A stretch of 64,000 nt of DNA from NCBI GenBank assembly GCA_017546175.1, contig JAFYXM010000003.1, positions 51,370 through 115,369 of the forward strand, in the 5' to 3' direction. The DNA comes from Elusimicrobiaceae bacterium (GTDB lineage: Bacteria; Elusimicrobiota; Elusimicrobia; Elusimicrobiales; Elusimicrobiaceae). A model generated the notes under the pieces. The model made no database searches, was not told the DNA's origin, and saw nothing but the letters and a program-made list of their open reading frames with translations. Shown here piece by piece: positions 61,813 through 64,000 of this stretch (position 1 is its first letter; every line of letters starts with the position of its first letter). A program made the position numbers and the translations under genes.

Positions 61813-64000
61813 GCTGCAATACTTCTACGCAGCGGTCGCACAAATCACCATGAGCGCGGCCTGCGGCTCCGACTTCCTTTTTCCACTGCCAGCAACGGGC
61901 ACACTTTTGACCTTCGGCATGTTCTACCACAATTTCCAAAGGCAAAGTACCGGCTGATACTTCCACGCAAGAGACGATAAAAATTTCAGACCACAAAGCA
62001 GAATTCTCTTCCAAGAATTTCTTTGTTTTTTCATCATTGGTCTTGAAAATCACTTTTGCTTCCAAGGAAGATCCGATAACACCTTTTTGGCGGGTTTCTT
62101 CCAAAGCTTTCTGCACATCTTCGCGAATTTGGCGAATTTTGTTCCATTTTTCTTCCAAGGCCGCATCAGCAGTTAAAGAGGCATGCTCCGGCATATCGGA
62201 AAGGAAGATGCTCTTGGGCAAATCTTTGCCGGCAGGAATTTTTAACAGTTCTTGCCAAGCTTCTTCACAGGTAAAGCACAATACAGGGGCCGTAAGCTGC
62301 AAGAGTGTGCGCACAATTTCGGCCAAAGCGGTTTGTGCACTTCTGCGCGCAGCAGAAGAGGCTCCCAAGGTGTAAAGTCTGTCTTTAGACGCATCCAACA
62401 AGAAAGAAGACAAATCTAAAATACAGAAGTCCGTAATAGCGCGCATGGCACGGCGGAAGTTAAAATCTTCGTAAGCAGAGCGCACTTCGGCAATCAATTT
62501 ATCCAAGCGGCCCAACATATAGCGGTCCATTTCGGCTAATTTTTCAGCAGGCACACCATGCACAGCAGGGTCAAAGTCGGACAAGTTCCCCAACGCATAG
62601 CGAATGGTATTGCGCAATTTACGATAGGTATCAATCGGGCCGCCCAAAATTTCCTCGGAGATGCGCACATCGCCTTGATAATCAGAGAACGCCACCCACA
62701 AACGCAAAATATCGGCCCCGTATTTATTGATTACATCTTCGGGGTCTACGCTGTTGCCCAAAGATTTGTGCATTTGGCGGCCGTCTTGTGCCAACACCAT
62801 ACCGTGGGTCAAAATAGTCTTAAAAGGAGCTACCCCTTCTAATGTAAAAGAAGGAATATAAGAGCTTTGGAACCAACCGCGGTGCTGGTCAGATCCTTCG
62901 GAATAGACATCGGCAGGGAAACTGAGTCCGCGGTCTTTGACCACCGCTGCCCAAGATACACCGCTATCCAACCAAACGTCTAAAATATCGGTTTCTTTGC
63001 GGAATTCTTGGCAACCGCATTCACAGGTGTAACCCTGCGGCATCAGTTTTTCCACCGGATCAATAAACCAAAAATCAGACCCTTCGTTCATGGCTCTTTC
63101 TTTAATGAAGCTAAAAAGCTCATGATTGATTTGGGCTTTGCCACATTTTTTACAATATAAAATCGTAACGGGGGATCCCCAGAAGCGCTGACGAGACAAA
63201 CACCAGTCGGGGCGTAACCCAATCATAGAGCGCATGCGTTCGTCGCCGCCGGCAGGATAGAATTTTACATTGTCCAAATTCTTCATCAGTTTTTCACGCA
63301 GACCGTCTTTGTCAATGCTCATGAACCATTGTTCGGTAGCGCGGAAAATAATCGGGTTATGGCAGCGCCAACAATGCGGATAGCTGTGCACGATTTCTTG
63401 CTCTTTAATCAAGCTGCCCAATTCGCCTAATTTCTTGACCATGAGCGGATTGGCCTCAAATACGTGCATACCTTCAAACACACCGGCATCTTTGGTATAG
63501 CAGCCTTTTTCATTGACGGGACAGAAAACTTCTAAACCCCATTGTTTGCCGGCACGGAAGTCGTCTTCACCATGACCCGGAGCGATATGCACAATACCTA
63601 CCCCCGCGTCCATGGTTACAAAGTCCGTCCAGATAATCGGGTTTTGCTTTTGCGTAAGCGGATGATAGTATTTCAAACCGACCAAGCTCTCGCCGCGCAC
63701 GGCGCTGACTTTTTTGGCGTCCAGTTCGGTATTTTTCAAAAATTCTTCGGCCAGTTTATCGGCTACCACATAGTATTCGCCGGTTTTATTGTCTTGAAGA
63801 ACGGCATAGTCTTCGTCTTTATTCACGGCAGCTGCCATGTTGGAAGGAATGGTCCACGGGGTGGTGGTCCATACACCTAAAGAGACGGGTTTAGAAAAAT
63901 CTAAATCTCCAAACACTTCAGAGGTGGCATTAACCAGTTTAAACCGCAGGTAAATGGAAGAAGAGCTGACATCATGATATTCCGTCTCCGCATCAGCTAA
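61772..64000 (-). CDS. ileS: isoleucyl-tRNA synthetase, 5'-truncated by the window edge
   Basis: The frame is open to position 64000 (LADAETEYHD...). Motifs KMHKSLGN (KMSKS) and a C-terminal zinc-finger CARCW...CDRC. Confidence 0.93.
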   Translation of the reverse strand, partial: LADAETEYHDVSSSSIYLRFKLVNATSEVFGDLDFSKPVSLGVWTTTPWTIPSNMAAAVNKDEDYAVLQDNKTGEYYVVADKLAEEFLKNTELDAKKVSAVRGESLVGLKYYHPLTQKQNPIIWTDFVTMDAGVGIVHIAPGHGEDDFRAGKQWGLEVFCPVNEKGCYTKDAGVFEGMHVFEANPLMVKKLGELGSLIKEQEIVHSYPHCWRCHNPIIFRATEQWFMSIDKDGLREKLMKNLDNVKFYPAGGDERMRSMIGLRPDWCLSRQRFWGSPVTILYCKKCGKAQINHELFSFIKERAMNEGSDFWFIDPVEKLMPQGYTCECGCQEFRKETDILDVWLDSGVSWAAVVKDRGLSFPADVYSEGSDQHRGWFQSSYIPSFTLEGVAPFKTILTHGMVLAQDGRQMHKSLGNSVDPEDVINKYGADILRLWVAFSDYQGDVRISEEILGGPIDTYRKLRNTIRYALGNLSDFDPAVHGVPAEKLAEMDRYMLGRLDKLIAEVRSAYEDFNFRRAMRAITDFCILDLSSFLLDASKDRLYTLGASSAARRSAQTALAEIVRTLLQLTAPVLCFTCEEAWQELLKIPAGKDLPKSIFLSDMPEHASLTADAALEEKWNKIRQIREDVQKALEETRQKGVIGSSLEAKVIFKTNDEKTKKFLEENSALWSEIFIVSCVEVSAGTLPLEIVVEHAEGQKCARCWQWKKEVGAAGRAHGDLCDRCVEVLQREGLSVPEEQTVA

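Overview
The window splits into an accessory island (about 1-14.4 kb) and a long housekeeping stretch (14.5-64 kb).

**Accessory island**
- A type II-C CRISPR-Cas9 locus. The array (36-nt repeat, 32 spacers in the window) runs off the left edge. A tracrRNA with its own sigma70-like promoter lies between the array and cas2. cas9-cas1-cas2 are on the minus strand, and there is no csn2 or cas4.
- Directly upstream of cas9 is an RNA end-repair island built from two divergent operons:
  - Minus strand: unknown 154-aa ORF, then RtcB ligase, then an HTH-WYL regulator.
  - Plus strand: RlaP-like nucleotidyltransferase, a decayed HAD/Pnk-type phosphatase, a membrane-anchored WYL-polynucleotide-kinase fusion, a Thg1-like 3'-5' polymerase, and an unknown 301-aa ORF.
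- The two operons are separated by about 0.7 kb of ORF-free DNA that is not AT-rich. It carries a 22-nt-arm inverted repeat around an AT-rich core, pseudoknot-compatible helices and several terminator-like hairpins. I consider this non-coding hub plus the WYL-wired repair genes next to cas9 the most promising place for undescribed biology.

**Housekeeping stretch**
- Transport, redox and sugar metabolism: SulP transporter, redoxin lipoprotein, RsmF-like methyltransferase, thioredoxin, CBM20-GH77 amylomaltase.
- fmt, a kinase-less PASTA protein, and rpe.
- rpsP-KH-trmD-rplS.
- Three pilin-like paralogs that share a promoter/operator cassette.
- AsmA, queH, rpsA, plsC, cmk, pilT, then ftsZ, ftsA, ftsQ and tRNA-Leu(CAG).
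- pyrR and smpB.
- A complete MoxR-DUF58-BatA-E operon.
- gmhA, rpiB, pgi, miaB, a PilZ protein, miaA, hflX, an S1 protease, plsY, gpsA, HU, queF, a divergent P-type ATPase, a TPR lipoprotein, lspA and a partial ileS.

**Caveats**
- Gene content and the many MKxGFTLIELLVV pilin-like N-termini are reminiscent of Elusimicrobia. I cannot verify that here.
- All protein calls come from motif recognition by eye. No database search was run.
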